Shown one piece after another: positions 1 to 8,144 of a DNA stretch of 35,628 nucleotides. How positions within the stretch are numbered: position 1 is the stretch's first letter; each line of letters starts with the position of its first letter. Source of the stretch: a virus (taxonomy: Duplodnaviria; Caudoviricetes); IMG/VR virus record IMGVR_UViG_3300038365_000078, positions 1 to 35,628 of that record. The stretch is one strand, 5' to 3'. The translations under genes and the position numbers were made by a program. The notes under the pieces were generated by a model. It saw nothing but the letters and a program-made list of their open reading frames with translations. It made no database searches and was not told the DNA's origin.

Positions 1-110
1 TATGCCTTTCGTAAAGGTTTATGCATCAATTGATACAATTATTTCTAAAGGAGTGCTTTGCAAAAATAATTAACGCAGGAACGGCTTTATTGCTGGAATT
101 TCAGGCAATA

Positions 111-160
111 TAAAAACCACCTACCGACAAAGTTTATTCTATCAATAGATGGTAGATAAT
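111..160 (-). terminator. Probable intrinsic terminator just outside the putative att
   Basis: Minus strand ATTATCTACC...GGTAGGTGGT stem (with G-U pairs, long loop) followed by TTTTAT. Confidence 0.45.
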
Positions 161-161
161 C

Positions 162-175
162 TGGTGGAGGCGGGG
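162..175 (-). other. Putative prophage attachment site: tmRNA/tRNA 3'-end-like fragment CCCCGCCTCCACCA
   Basis: Reverse complement of TGGTGGAGGCGGGG ends in CCA and resembles ssrA 3' ends; no upstream T-loop (GTTCGA), so it is a fragment; lies just past the last phage gene. Confidence 0.5.
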
Positions 176-306
176 CATACCCAATAGTATACAGAAGTGG
201 TATTAAAGCCGCTAAAGCCTTTTCTACTCCCTTTATATCGGCATTAGTAAAGGCTTAGTCCCCGGCCTTTTTAACTGCCTCCAGCTGGTCCAGGTTCCAC
301 AGGCAT

Positions 307-1437
307 CTATTTTACTAATTTTAAGACAGCTCGTTGCTGTGAAATCGTTAAAGATCCGCGATCTAGTCCACACAGATCCTCAATATCATCAATTGGCAAA
401 CTAATTTCTTCCCCAAATTGTAAAGGGGACCTGATTTTATTTTCTAAGAGAAGTTTAGTGGCTTGGCTGATCATTATTGGTTCTTCTTGCTCTATATCTT
501 TATCTAAGGGCTCAGATTGCCTCCATCCATTTTTATACATCTTATTTCTTAAATGAATAAATTGATTTTCACTTAGCACCTCTAGATTTCTCATATGGTA
601 AAGTATCGCTTGAGCAGAGACTTTCCACCTTTTTTTTAAAAGTATTAATGAATCCAAGGATTTTACGGCATATGCTTCCCTTCTCATTGATTCTGCTGGC
701 AACAGAAAAGCACTAGCAAACCATTCAGCCTCATCGTCAAGTCGTTTGCGGTTGGCGTCAAAATATGCTTGATCTGCCCAAGGGTGCAAAACTTGATGCC
801 CTAGTTCATGAACGAAATCCCTTCTAGATCGTACAGATGAGGTGTCCGGTGTAGCAAAAATCATGGGGCGTTTTTCTTCCTCTTGGGTGTTAAGAAACGA
901 GCAAGCATCTACTTTAACAGCTCCTGCCTTTACTTTGGAAATTATAAAGCCGTTGTTTTCAAGCAGCAATGAGATATTGCTTATGGGCCCCTTGCCTAAC
1001 CCCCAATACTCCCTTATTTCTTCTGCTACCTGTACAATTTCTTCAAAAGAATAATTTTCTTGCATATAAGTCTTAAGTTTTACTTGAGGAAATTCAATAA
1101 AATTTTTTAGATATTGATAAATTTCAACCATCCAGCCTATTTTAACTTCAAAAATATCTGAATATTTTTTTGCTGCTGTTGTTCGTTTCCTAAAAAATAT
1201 TGGAGTAGTTATTTTATACGGAATAGGTTTTGAAAAATAATTAGGAGGTAGCTTGAGTACATCACAAATCATCTCAAATACTTCCGGTTTAGGGCTATTG
1301 CTTCCATTTTCATATTGCGATATAGCTTGCTTAGAAACTGATATGGCATCTGCCAATTCTAATTGTGTAAAGCCTCGTGCGCGTCTACCTTCTCTAATTC
1401 TCTCAGGCAATATTACCCCTTTAATATCCAACATCAT
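307..1437 (-). CDS. XRE-family HTH fused to ImmA/IrrE (M78) zinc metallopeptidase; RmrA-like antitoxin/repressor
   Basis: N-terminal HTH (RIREGRRARGFTQLELADAISVSKQAISQYENG); HELGH zinc motif; downstream EAEWFASAFLLP. Confidence 0.92.
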   Translation of the reverse strand: MMLDIKGVILPERIREGRRARGFTQLELADAISVSKQAISQYENGSNSPKPEVFEMICDVLKLPPNYFSKPIPYKITTPIFFRKRTTAAKKYSDIFEVKIGWMVEIYQYLKNFIEFPQVKLKTYMQENYSFEEIVQVAEEIREYWGLGKGPISNISLLLENNGFIISKVKAGAVKVDACSFLNTQEEEKRPMIFATPDTSSVRSRRDFVHELGHQVLHPWADQAYFDANRKRLDDEAEWFASAFLLPAESMRREAYAVKSLDSLILLKKRWKVSAQAILYHMRNLEVLSENQFIHLRNKMYKNGWRQSEPLDKDIEQEEPIMISQATKLLLENKIRSPLQFGEEISLPIDDIEDLCGLDRGSLTISQQRAVLKLVK

Positions 1438-2102
1438 TATTCACCCTTTAATTTCAGCTCAAATCCCTTCACAATTTTCTCATTAAATTCTTCTCTTAAT
1501 TCCGGTTCCTTATTTTTTAATATATCTTCAGCAACATCTTTGGAGATATTCTTTGCAATGTCCCAATTTCCTACCCAATCAGAATAATCCCATTTTGGAA
1601 AACCTAATTCGATAAAAGTTAAATCAAATCCTTTGTGACCGTACGTAATTAAAGCAAAGGGTTTGTTCTCTTCAACAGGTATATATTCAGGTCCAAAATC
1701 TAAAAACATTTCATTAGATAATGAGTTGCTTACTCTTTGAATAGCTGCTTTAGGTAACCTTTCCGCCTTTTCAGCCTTTTTAATATGGAATTTGCAATAA
1801 TCGCTGTAGTATTCCATATATGGATAACCGCATTTTGGAATACGTATTTCCTGATAACTGTAAGGGAATTTACCGACAACACTTTTATCTATTTGCGCCG
1901 TAACTAATTTGTCGATATAATATGCAAAAGAATGTCCAGCAATCCAAGATGCTCTTTTGGGCATATTAATTAAGCTATCCTTAATATTTCTACTCATCGC
2001 GCAGGCAGCGTAAATGTTTGTAGCCAACATAGTTCTGATAGATTCTGGAAATAATTCATTCCTTAAGGCAACCAACGCCTCGTCATAACCAAATAAATCC
2101 AT
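1437..2102 (-). CDS. Hypothetical 221-aa protein, putative toxin partner (RmrT-like) of the XRE-peptidase
   Basis: RBS GAGGTG; TAATG stop/start overlap with the downstream gene at 1437; AT-rich; function inferred from context. Confidence 0.65.
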   Translation of the reverse strand: MDLFGYDEALVALRNELFPESIRTMLATNIYAACAMSRNIKDSLINMPKRASWIAGHSFAYYIDKLVTAQIDKSVVGKFPYSYQEIRIPKCGYPYMEYYSDYCKFHIKKAEKAERLPKAAIQRVSNSLSNEMFLDFGPEYIPVEENKPFALITYGHKGFDLTFIELGFPKWDYSDWVGNWDIAKNISKDVAEDILKNKEPELREEFNEKIVKGFELKLKGE

Positions 2103-2116
2103 ATGGGCCCACCTCG

Positions 2117-2197
2117 CTTGACTTTTTTATAGTAAAATTATAAATCGCTTTACTTTTTAAGTCAAGTGTTTCTTGCTTTTACAAATAAAAAGTCAAG
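2117..2197. promoter_or_regulatory. Three imperfect palindromic operator-like boxes (TTGACT-N5/7-(A/T)GTAAA)
   Basis: CTTGACTT at 2117-2124 and AAGTCAAG at 2159-2166 and 2190-2197, each paired with a GTAAA/TTTAC half-site; they overlap the -35 and the predicted start site. Confidence 0.6.
2137..2165 (-). promoter_or_regulatory. Sigma-A promoter of the two-gene cargo operon
   Basis: TTGACT (2165-2160), 17-bp spacer, TATAAT (2142-2137). Confidence 0.85.
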
Positions 2198-2214
2198 TAA
2201 AATCTTCAGAAAAC

Positions 2215-2240
2215 AAAAAACCCGGGGGCCGAAGCCCACG
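2215..2240 (-). terminator. Intrinsic terminator ending the lysis cassette
   Basis: GGGC-TTCG-GCCC stem with a cUUCGg loop, followed by TTTTTT. Confidence 0.7.
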
Positions 2241-2265
2241 CAGATAAAGACCCTCGCTCCCCCTG

Positions 2266-2484
2266 TCATCCGTCCTCCTCATCCTCACTTCCCACTGCCT
2301 GCCCGTCAACATAAGCCTCGGCCAGCATATAGGCCACTACCGAGCCAAAGGCCCCGATCACGGCGGCTACTTGCGCGGTCGTATTTTCGTCCACCTTCGC
2401 CAGAACTAAAACTGACGTGGCCAGGCCAGCGGCCAGGGCCCAAAATTTACGGCTACTCAGTTTCCTTGCCCAGTTGATTCTCAT
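2266..2484 (-). CDS. Small holin
   Basis: 72 aa, KLSSRKFW start, two hydrophobic segments, acidic tail; in the lysis cassette. Confidence 0.8.
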   Translation of the reverse strand: MRINWARKLSSRKFWALAAGLATSVLVLAKVDENTTAQVAAVIGAFGSVVAYMLAEAYVDGQAVGSEDEEDG

Positions 2485-2485
2485 G

Positions 2486-2797
2486 CTATTTGCCTCCTTC
2501 TACCAGTTCGTAGGTATGTTCAAAAACGTCTGTCCGGCAGGGATAAAATTCCCCCACAATACCTTTGATGACATAGTCTCCAACATTAGCAATATGCTCG
2601 CCTTCAAGCGTTTTGATTATCAGATTTCCTACCCTACAACTACCGTTGCACAAATCAATCCGGAATGTTTCTCCTTCAAGAGTCGCGGATTCTGTGGACT
2701 TCCCGTAATCGGTTAAGAAATCAAACATCTCGCGTTGGTTTTTACCGGTCCATTGCAATGCGTCTATGATTACCGGTTTTTTGCGGTATTTAGCCAT
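2486..2797 (-). CDS. Conserved phage hypothetical protein (YRKKPV...TLEG...GDY...GEFYPC type)
   Basis: Recognisable phage protein motif pattern; RBS AGGAGG; tightly packed between amidase and holin. Confidence 0.8.
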   Translation of the reverse strand: MAKYRKKPVIIDALQWTGKNQREMFDFLTDYGKSTESATLEGETFRIDLCNGSCRVGNLIIKTLEGEHIANVGDYVIKGIVGEFYPCRTDVFEHTYELVEGGK

Positions 2798-2800
2798 AGT

Positions 2801-3562
2801 TTACCTCCTTTCAATCAATACCGTTTTCGTCTTGTCATCCCAGCCCACAGTAGCCCCCAGGGCCTCTGCTATAGCACGGGCCGGTGCGTAGGTGGTATCT
2901 TTGCCGGACACGTTCAGAATCACGCCCGGGGAGATATCCTTACCATTCACCCTTATTCCTGCTTCCGGCAAGTCTACATCCGTTTTTAGGTTTAATTTTA
3001 CCAGCATATCCTCGTCTTCTCCTTTCACGTCCAGGTACTGCGCCACTCCACCTGCAATGCCCCGGGCAATCTTTTTCAGGTTTTCCGGCGACCTCAAAAT
3101 AGCAGCATCGGCTCCAGAATCAATAAACCCGCACTCCACCAGTACGGCCACGCCAGCCGGCTTACGCAACATATACAAATAGTCCGCAGTGCCGGCAGTG
3201 TTCTTCCCGGTCTTCAGCCCCCGATTATGGAAAGGAATTTGCTTCAGGATGCCGGCCTGGATAGCCTGGCCCAACGCCTTAGATTCTATTGGCCGGTTAA
3301 AAAGGGATACCCATGTCTCCAGCCCCTGCCCCCCGCCTGAATTAACATGAATACTTACGCTGATGTCCGCTGCCGGGGTCCGTTCAGCGTTCAGCCCTAT
3401 ATACCGGTCAGTTTCCCGGGTCAAGCTTACGATTTGCCCCGCAGTTCTGAGTATCCGGGCTGCCTCAAGCGCTATGTGCAGGACTATATCTTTTTCTCGC
3501 AGGCCGTTGCCGACCGCCCCGGGATCGTATCCACCATGCCCGGGATCTATACATACTTTCAT
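2801..3562 (-). CDS. Endolysin, N-acetylmuramoyl-L-alanine amidase (Amidase_3) with C-terminal copper-amine-oxidase-N/stalk-like domain
   Basis: IDPGHGG-DPGA, EKD, SIHVNS and VLVECGFID motifs; C-terminal TYAPARAIAEALGATVGWDDKTKTVLI. Confidence 0.95.
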   Translation of the reverse strand: MKVCIDPGHGGYDPGAVGNGLREKDIVLHIALEAARILRTAGQIVSLTRETDRYIGLNAERTPAADISVSIHVNSGGGQGLETWVSLFNRPIESKALGQAIQAGILKQIPFHNRGLKTGKNTAGTADYLYMLRKPAGVAVLVECGFIDSGADAAILRSPENLKKIARGIAGGVAQYLDVKGEDEDMLVKLNLKTDVDLPEAGIRVNGKDISPGVILNVSGKDTTYAPARAIAEALGATVGWDDKTKTVLIERR

Positions 3563-3587
3563 TTCTCATTCCTCCCATTCCCATCAT

Positions 3588-3797
3588 CTACTTCAGGTTC
3601 TGCACATACCATATGAAAAAGCCCCCCATGCCGGTACACCAAGCGATTAAGAGGGCTTTTATCCAGGCTATTAAACTATCCATCTTTTTGCACAGTTCCT
3701 GCACTATTACAGTCTGCGCGGCAAATCCGGTTTCAAGTGCCCGTATCCGGCCGGCATGGTCGTTTAGCCGGCGCTCAATGCGGTCCTGCTCGTTCAT
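3588..3797 (-). CDS. XhlA-like haemolysin/holin accessory protein (69 aa)
   Basis: MNEQDRIERRLNDHAGRIRALE coiled coil plus C-terminal TM segment; start revised to the ATG at 3797 behind AAGGGG. Confidence 0.8.
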   Translation of the reverse strand: MNEQDRIERRLNDHAGRIRALETGFAAQTVIVQELCKKMDSLIAWIKALLIAWCTGMGGFFIWYVQNLK

Positions 3798-3817
3798 GTC
3801 CCATCCCCTTCCTTCCA

Positions 3818-3847
3818 AATAAATTAGCCGCCCCGGTTGGAGCGGCT
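3818..3847 (-). terminator. Hairpin/terminator between tail and lysis genes
   Basis: AGCCGCTCC-AACC-GGGGCGGCT followed by AATTTATTT. Confidence 0.5.
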
Positions 3848-3862
3848 TGTGTCCAAAACCCT

Positions 3863-4012
3863 TTATTGCGCTGCAATTGCAGCCATTATCTCGGCCTTTT
3901 CGTCCGTTGTCAACGCTGGGTATTCGGCCAGGATATCCTCCGCTGTCCGGTTTTCCTCGGCTATGCGGCGGGATACAACCCGAACAAATATGTTTTTCTT
4001 CCATGCGGGCAT
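3863..4012 (-). CDS. Small 49-aa protein at the XkdX position (absent from the ORF track)
   Basis: MPAWKKNIFVRVVSRRIAEENRTAEDILAEYPALTTDEKAEIMAAIAAQ; RBS AGGAGG; TAATG overlap with the upstream stop. Confidence 0.75.
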   Translation of the reverse strand: MPAWKKNIFVRVVSRRIAEENRTAEDILAEYPALTTDEKAEIMAAIAAQ

Positions 4013-4404
4013 TAAATAGCACCTCCTAACAGGCTGGCTATAGCCATTTCTAAATCGGATACCTGTTGATTCAGAGCTTGGTTTTGCGATCTAAGCTCCG
4101 TATTCTCGGTACGCAAGGCGTTCACGGTAACGGATAGCGGCTGCTCGAACACCGGATAATTAAATAGCAAGTTCCCTGTCGCTACATCTACCCTCATAGA
4201 TGAGCATGTCTGGAAATCGCTGCTGTACTGGCCGTATTCAAGCTCAACGACGCCCACTGTTTCGGGATTCCTAATTGATAAAGCCTCATACATGGCAAAG
4301 TCCTGTTCCTTGGTTGTCGCAATACCACTGAATTTCTCCGGCGTGATTAAAACAACGTCGCCGGTCTGCAGTTCATAATATATTTTCCGACCTATTTGAG
4401 CCAT
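4012..4404 (-). CDS. Tail-fibre-associated protein/chaperone (XkdW position)
   Basis: IGRKIYYELQTGDV start, C-terminal coiled coil; directly downstream of the fibre gene. Confidence 0.7.
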   Translation of the reverse strand: MAQIGRKIYYELQTGDVVLITPEKFSGIATTKEQDFAMYEALSIRNPETVGVVELEYGQYSSDFQTCSSMRVDVATGNLLFNYPVFEQPLSVTVNALRTENTELRSQNQALNQQVSDLEMAIASLLGGAI

Positions 4405-4418
4405 TGAAATTCCTCCCC

Positions 4419-6047
4419 TTATTCAAATGCCACCCAATTACATGTTAGACTCGAGGCACTTTTTGTACCAGCTTTAATGGTAAAGCCACCGGCTGAAATT
4501 TGCGCATCCGCAGTTTCTGCGTTTGTGCCATTGTAAGTCCAGACATTTATTCCATATGAGGTTCCGAAAATCGCAGAATCAACATATATTGATATCCCCG
4601 TTTGATCGTCAGATGCATTACTAAGCTTTGTAATAACTATTCTTGGAGTGAATGCCAATCCTGATACCTGAAAAGTATATAGTGAACCACTTCTGACTGC
4701 TGTGCCACTAGCCCACCTTTTACCGATTGCTAAGGTTCCCACCACCCCAAAAATATTAATGCCCTCTTTTATGTTAGCGGCTAATAGATTGGCACTCCCC
4801 GCAATAGTCTGCGCCCCTGAAAGATACTGGTTGGCGGCTATAACCTGGTTAACCGTGCTAGGCGTAATCGTAGCTGCCCCTTTGGTTGCAATGGACTGCG
4901 TAACTTGCCCCGCGCCATTATGGTAGCCTTGCGGGATGATGTAAGAGCCGTTTACCGCCAGGCTTTGGCTCACAGCTCCCCGGTTGGGCATGGTGCCATC
5001 CAGCAAACCGCTTTCAGTCCCAACGGTATATCCGGTTAGTATCTGCGCTGCCCCTGCTGTCCCGTACTCCCCCCCTTCACCCAATAGTTGAAAAACCGAG
5101 CCACCGTAAACCAGATGCATTATCTGCCCGGCTTTTATATTGCCTGCAGATAGCGCGCTGCCGTTGGATTTCTGAATAACCTTAGCGCCCAGTCCATTGA
5201 TATTGAGCGTAGCCGCCCCGGTGTTGGCGTTGGGGAACTTGATTTTTACGCTTAGGCCTTCGGTCAGGGTCAAAATCCCCGGTATGGAAACGGTATAGCT
5301 GTCGGTACCGGAGGCGGTGGCGTAGGCCATATGCTGTGCTTTATCAGCTTCATGCGCATCAATCTGGTCGGCGCTGGCATAATACTCCGGCTCCTGCCCG
5401 CCCAGCTTGTTAGCGTCCGCTGCCGGGGTCGCACCGGTTTGTAGCGCCAATACTTCCGAATTTATTTCATTCACTGCACCGGCCATTTCATTTACCGCAC
5501 CTACTAAGTTGTCTTTTTCAGCGGTGGTCAGAGTGCTTAGATCTCCCACCTTTGTATCTGCGTAGGCTTTTGCCGCCGCTTTAGCCTCATCAACCTGCTT
5601 TTGGGTGGCAAGTATAACTGTCGGGTCTACCTTTAACACCACACTGGCGGTGTTGGATACTTCGAGTATCATTTTTATAACCAGATCTTTTACACTCCCG
5701 GCACTTGCAGTGGGTTTATAGGTTTCCGGGTATTTACCTACGGCAATTAGGTCTCCGTTATCATCAAAAATACCGGCTTCCCTAATCATAAACCCACCGA
5801 CCTGGCCCGGTATAATTGTTTGCGCAACTATCCAGTTAGGGTTTTCTTCATCTACTGCTATGTTGCCTATATTCTCCCGCCACACTTCGTTCCTCAACGC
5901 AGCCTGGTCCTCTGAAGGATTATAATAACTTCCATTGCTATCACCAAGGGCCAGTTCTGTAAAGTTGACCTTTTCTCCCAAGGCTGCCGCGTTAGCTATT
6001 TTAGCTTTGCCCACCGCTGTTAAAATCGTATAAAACTGTTCAGCCAA
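4419..6047 (-). CDS. Tail fibre protein with N-terminal tail-collar (DUF3751-like) domain
   Basis: FYTILTAVGKAKIANA...GGFMIREAGIFD...YPETYKP; Gly/Ala/Thr-rich fibre modules; TTG start with RBS. Confidence 0.9.
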   Translation of the reverse strand: MAEQFYTILTAVGKAKIANAAALGEKVNFTELALGDSNGSYYNPSEDQAALRNEVWRENIGNIAVDEENPNWIVAQTIIPGQVGGFMIREAGIFDDNGDLIAVGKYPETYKPTASAGSVKDLVIKMILEVSNTASVVLKVDPTVILATQKQVDEAKAAAKAYADTKVGDLSTLTTAEKDNLVGAVNEMAGAVNEINSEVLALQTGATPAADANKLGGQEPEYYASADQIDAHEADKAQHMAYATASGTDSYTVSIPGILTLTEGLSVKIKFPNANTGAATLNINGLGAKVIQKSNGSALSAGNIKAGQIMHLVYGGSVFQLLGEGGEYGTAGAAQILTGYTVGTESGLLDGTMPNRGAVSQSLAVNGSYIIPQGYHNGAGQVTQSIATKGAATITPSTVNQVIAANQYLSGAQTIAGSANLLAANIKEGINIFGVVGTLAIGKRWASGTAVRSGSLYTFQVSGLAFTPRIVITKLSNASDDQTGISIYVDSAIFGTSYGINVWTYNGTNAETADAQISAGGFTIKAGTKSASSLTCNWVAFE

Positions 6048-6665
6048 CTAGCTCACTTCCTTTCGTGGATATACTGTTGTGGTATCCAGTCCCGTATTAC
6101 TGCCCATTGCAATGTAAGTCTTTCCTTTGCTGGATAGCTCACCTAGCATCCAGGGATAGACGGTTATTTCTTCGCCCGCAAGTATGGCGCTGCCCGTAAA
6201 AAAAGTCCCCTTGATTTTTTGCGCTAAGGAGGACTGGATGACCATATTTGCCGGTGCCATTTGCCGGATATCGTCAATCATTATATCGAATTCGCGCCAA
6301 TTAAAAGTATTAATCTCGATTTTTAGTAAGTATTCATCATGTAGTACGTGTAAATCGTAGTTACTACCGAATAATTGGTTAAGTCTACTTACAAGCAACC
6401 GGTAGGTATATGGCAACCTGCCATTCCATTTGGCTAGCACCCGCGTTTTTCTATATTCAGGGTTATCATCCTCATGTGGTGTTATTTTAAGTAGTCTTTC
6501 CCTTCTCTGGATGCCTTTTTCGGTGGCGGTCCCGATAAATTGGTCATCCAGCAGATCACTCACCGCTTGCCAAACCTGTTCCAGTTCCGGGTTCTCAGAT
6601 TCGGCTATCTTTTCAAATTCCCGGTACCCTCTGATGATTTCCGGCCAGTATTCCTGCACTTGCAT
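6048..6665 (-). CDS. Baseplate wedge protein (XkdU/DUF2313-like)
   Basis: QFIGTATEKGIQRRERLLKI, LPYTYRLL, PANM motifs; follows baseplate J. Confidence 0.85.
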   Translation of the reverse strand: MQVQEYWPEIIRGYREFEKIAESENPELEQVWQAVSDLLDDQFIGTATEKGIQRRERLLKITPHEDDNPEYRKTRVLAKWNGRLPYTYRLLVSRLNQLFGSNYDLHVLHDEYLLKIEINTFNWREFDIMIDDIRQMAPANMVIQSSLAQKIKGTFFTGSAILAGEEITVYPWMLGELSSKGKTYIAMGSNTGLDTTTVYPRKEVS

Positions 6666-7741
6666 TATACAGCCGTCACCTCCCCTAAAACCGGTATTTC
6701 ATCGGCGCCCAGCGCCAGGTTCTGCTGCAGTCCGTTGATTTTGGTATTCTGGATATCCAGCACACCGGGAGCCTTCAGCGCCCTGGTTTCAATCTGGCTG
6801 ATCCGGATCACCAAGGAAGTGGAATCAGCCCAGGCGCTACGTAGCTCTGCAAAGTAATTGTTAATTACGGACTCAATTCCCGGCTTTACGTCCGGCCAGG
6901 TATAACCGTCCTGGAAGGCTATGGTAGATTCAATGTTTACCTCGGCTTCTTCTACTCCTACCACGGTTACAATATGGCCGATAGGGGCTAGGCCGTAGCC
7001 TTCCCCCTGGTTGCCTTCGGGGTCAATGGCGGTCTGTACGTTGTTAATAAGAGCAGAGGATGGTACATTGTAATCACTGCCGATTATAGTTAGTTTGACG
7101 GTCCCTCCGCCGTCCCATACTGGATAGACTTTCACCCCGCCCACGCCTGGCAATTCGTTTGCTTTCTGTTTATAGTCGGTTATATTCCCGCCGTAAGCCT
7201 GGCTAACCAGATTGGCGAAGTATCTTTCCCGCAGATTATCATCCGGCTCTTCATTCTCTCCCGGCACCAGGATATCGGTCAAAGTTGCTGTGGCCAGGCC
7301 GGAGATGTAACCTATGGGGAGCAGGATCCCAGTGTAACTGTTTCCGACTTCACCGGCGGTTTCGCACTCCATCCTGAATTGTCCGTCAGTGATCTTTCCC
7401 AGAACAACATAGTTCAGATCATCCCCGCTGAACCGGCTACCGATGGGAGGGTTAAAAGCTACACCGCCGGCTCCGGTGAATATCCCTAACCGGATAGTCT
7501 TGGCCGCAAGTTTTCGACTTATGCCCCGTTCTGCCGCCCGGCGTGTCAGAAACTCACCATTGGCCGTATCAGCAAAGGTTTCATTTAGAATTACATCAAG
7601 CTCAATATACGCCTGGGCTAGTTCAGCCGCTGCCGGCGCCAGGGCGTCATGAATAACACTGCCCTCGCGCTTATCAACCGTAGCCGGTACCCGGTCCAGC
7701 ATGCGCTGCAGGATTACTTCATAGGTCTGGTTTTCGTACAT
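6665..7741 (-). CDS. Baseplate J/gp47 family protein (XkdT-like)
   Basis: DKREGSVIHDALAPAAAE, GGNITDY, VYPVWDGGGTVK, APIGH. Confidence 0.93.
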   Translation of the reverse strand: MYENQTYEVILQRMLDRVPATVDKREGSVIHDALAPAAAELAQAYIELDVILNETFADTANGEFLTRRAAERGISRKLAAKTIRLGIFTGAGGVAFNPPIGSRFSGDDLNYVVLGKITDGQFRMECETAGEVGNSYTGILLPIGYISGLATATLTDILVPGENEEPDDNLRERYFANLVSQAYGGNITDYKQKANELPGVGGVKVYPVWDGGGTVKLTIIGSDYNVPSSALINNVQTAIDPEGNQGEGYGLAPIGHIVTVVGVEEAEVNIESTIAFQDGYTWPDVKPGIESVINNYFAELRSAWADSTSLVIRISQIETRALKAPGVLDIQNTKINGLQQNLALGADEIPVLGEVTAV

Positions 7742-7742
7742 T

Positions 7743-8144
7743 TTATATATTCACCGTCCTTTCCGTCTCAAGCTCCCCGAAAACTGTATGCACGGTAAAT
7801 GCAGCTGTTACGCTTCCTTTCTGAGAAGTAAAAGAGAAGTCATCTACAGCGGTTATGCGGTCATCCTGCAGCAGGGCTTCTGTGATCCTTCTTTCCAGCT
7901 CCGGATAGACATAGGGTTTCGGCATTCCAAAAAGATCCTCAAGCTCCACACCGTAATTCCAGCTATAAATAACATGCCGGTACCGCTCTGTGTTGAGAAT
8001 CTTATATATAGCTTGCTTTACTGCGTCCATGCCGTCTGTGAACCCGGAAACGGTTTCCTTTTCGTAATTGAGTTTATGGGTATAGCTGGGCTCCCGGCTG
8101 ATAATAAAATCCTGTTCAGCATCGTATGTGCTCTGTGGAATCAT
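7743..8144 (-). CDS. XkdS-like (DUF2634) baseplate/sheath initiator
   Basis: AVKQAIYKILNTERY..IYSWNYGVEL; EALLQDDRI. Confidence 0.9.
   Translation of the reverse strand: MIPQSTYDAEQDFIISREPSYTHKLNYEKETVSGFTDGMDAVKQAIYKILNTERYRHVIYSWNYGVELEDLFGMPKPYVYPELERRITEALLQDDRITAVDDFSFTSQKGSVTAAFTVHTVFGELETERTVNI

Noticed and set aside
2-73. Short open frame at the left edge as the end of a host gene
   Set aside because: Only about 23 codons visible with no recognisable motif; cannot be supported
162-240. Intact tRNA or tmRNA gene
   Set aside because: Only the terminal ~14 nt resemble an acceptor end; no T-loop or cloverleaf upstream
307-1437. XRE-peptidase as the prophage immunity repressor/anti-repressor (ImmR/ImmA)
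   Set aside because: It lies at the lysis end, coupled behind an unrelated gene, rather than beside an integrase and divergent cro; cargo TA-like context fits better, though a regulatory role is not excluded
3798-4022. N-terminal extension of the 144-aa ORF 3588..4022
   Set aside because: It overlaps a better-supported 49-aa gene and a terminator; the real start is probably 3797
4419-4800. Diversity-generating retroelement or invertible tail-fibre cassette
   Set aside because: No reverse transcriptase or invertase, and I found no second copy of the fibre 3' end in the window
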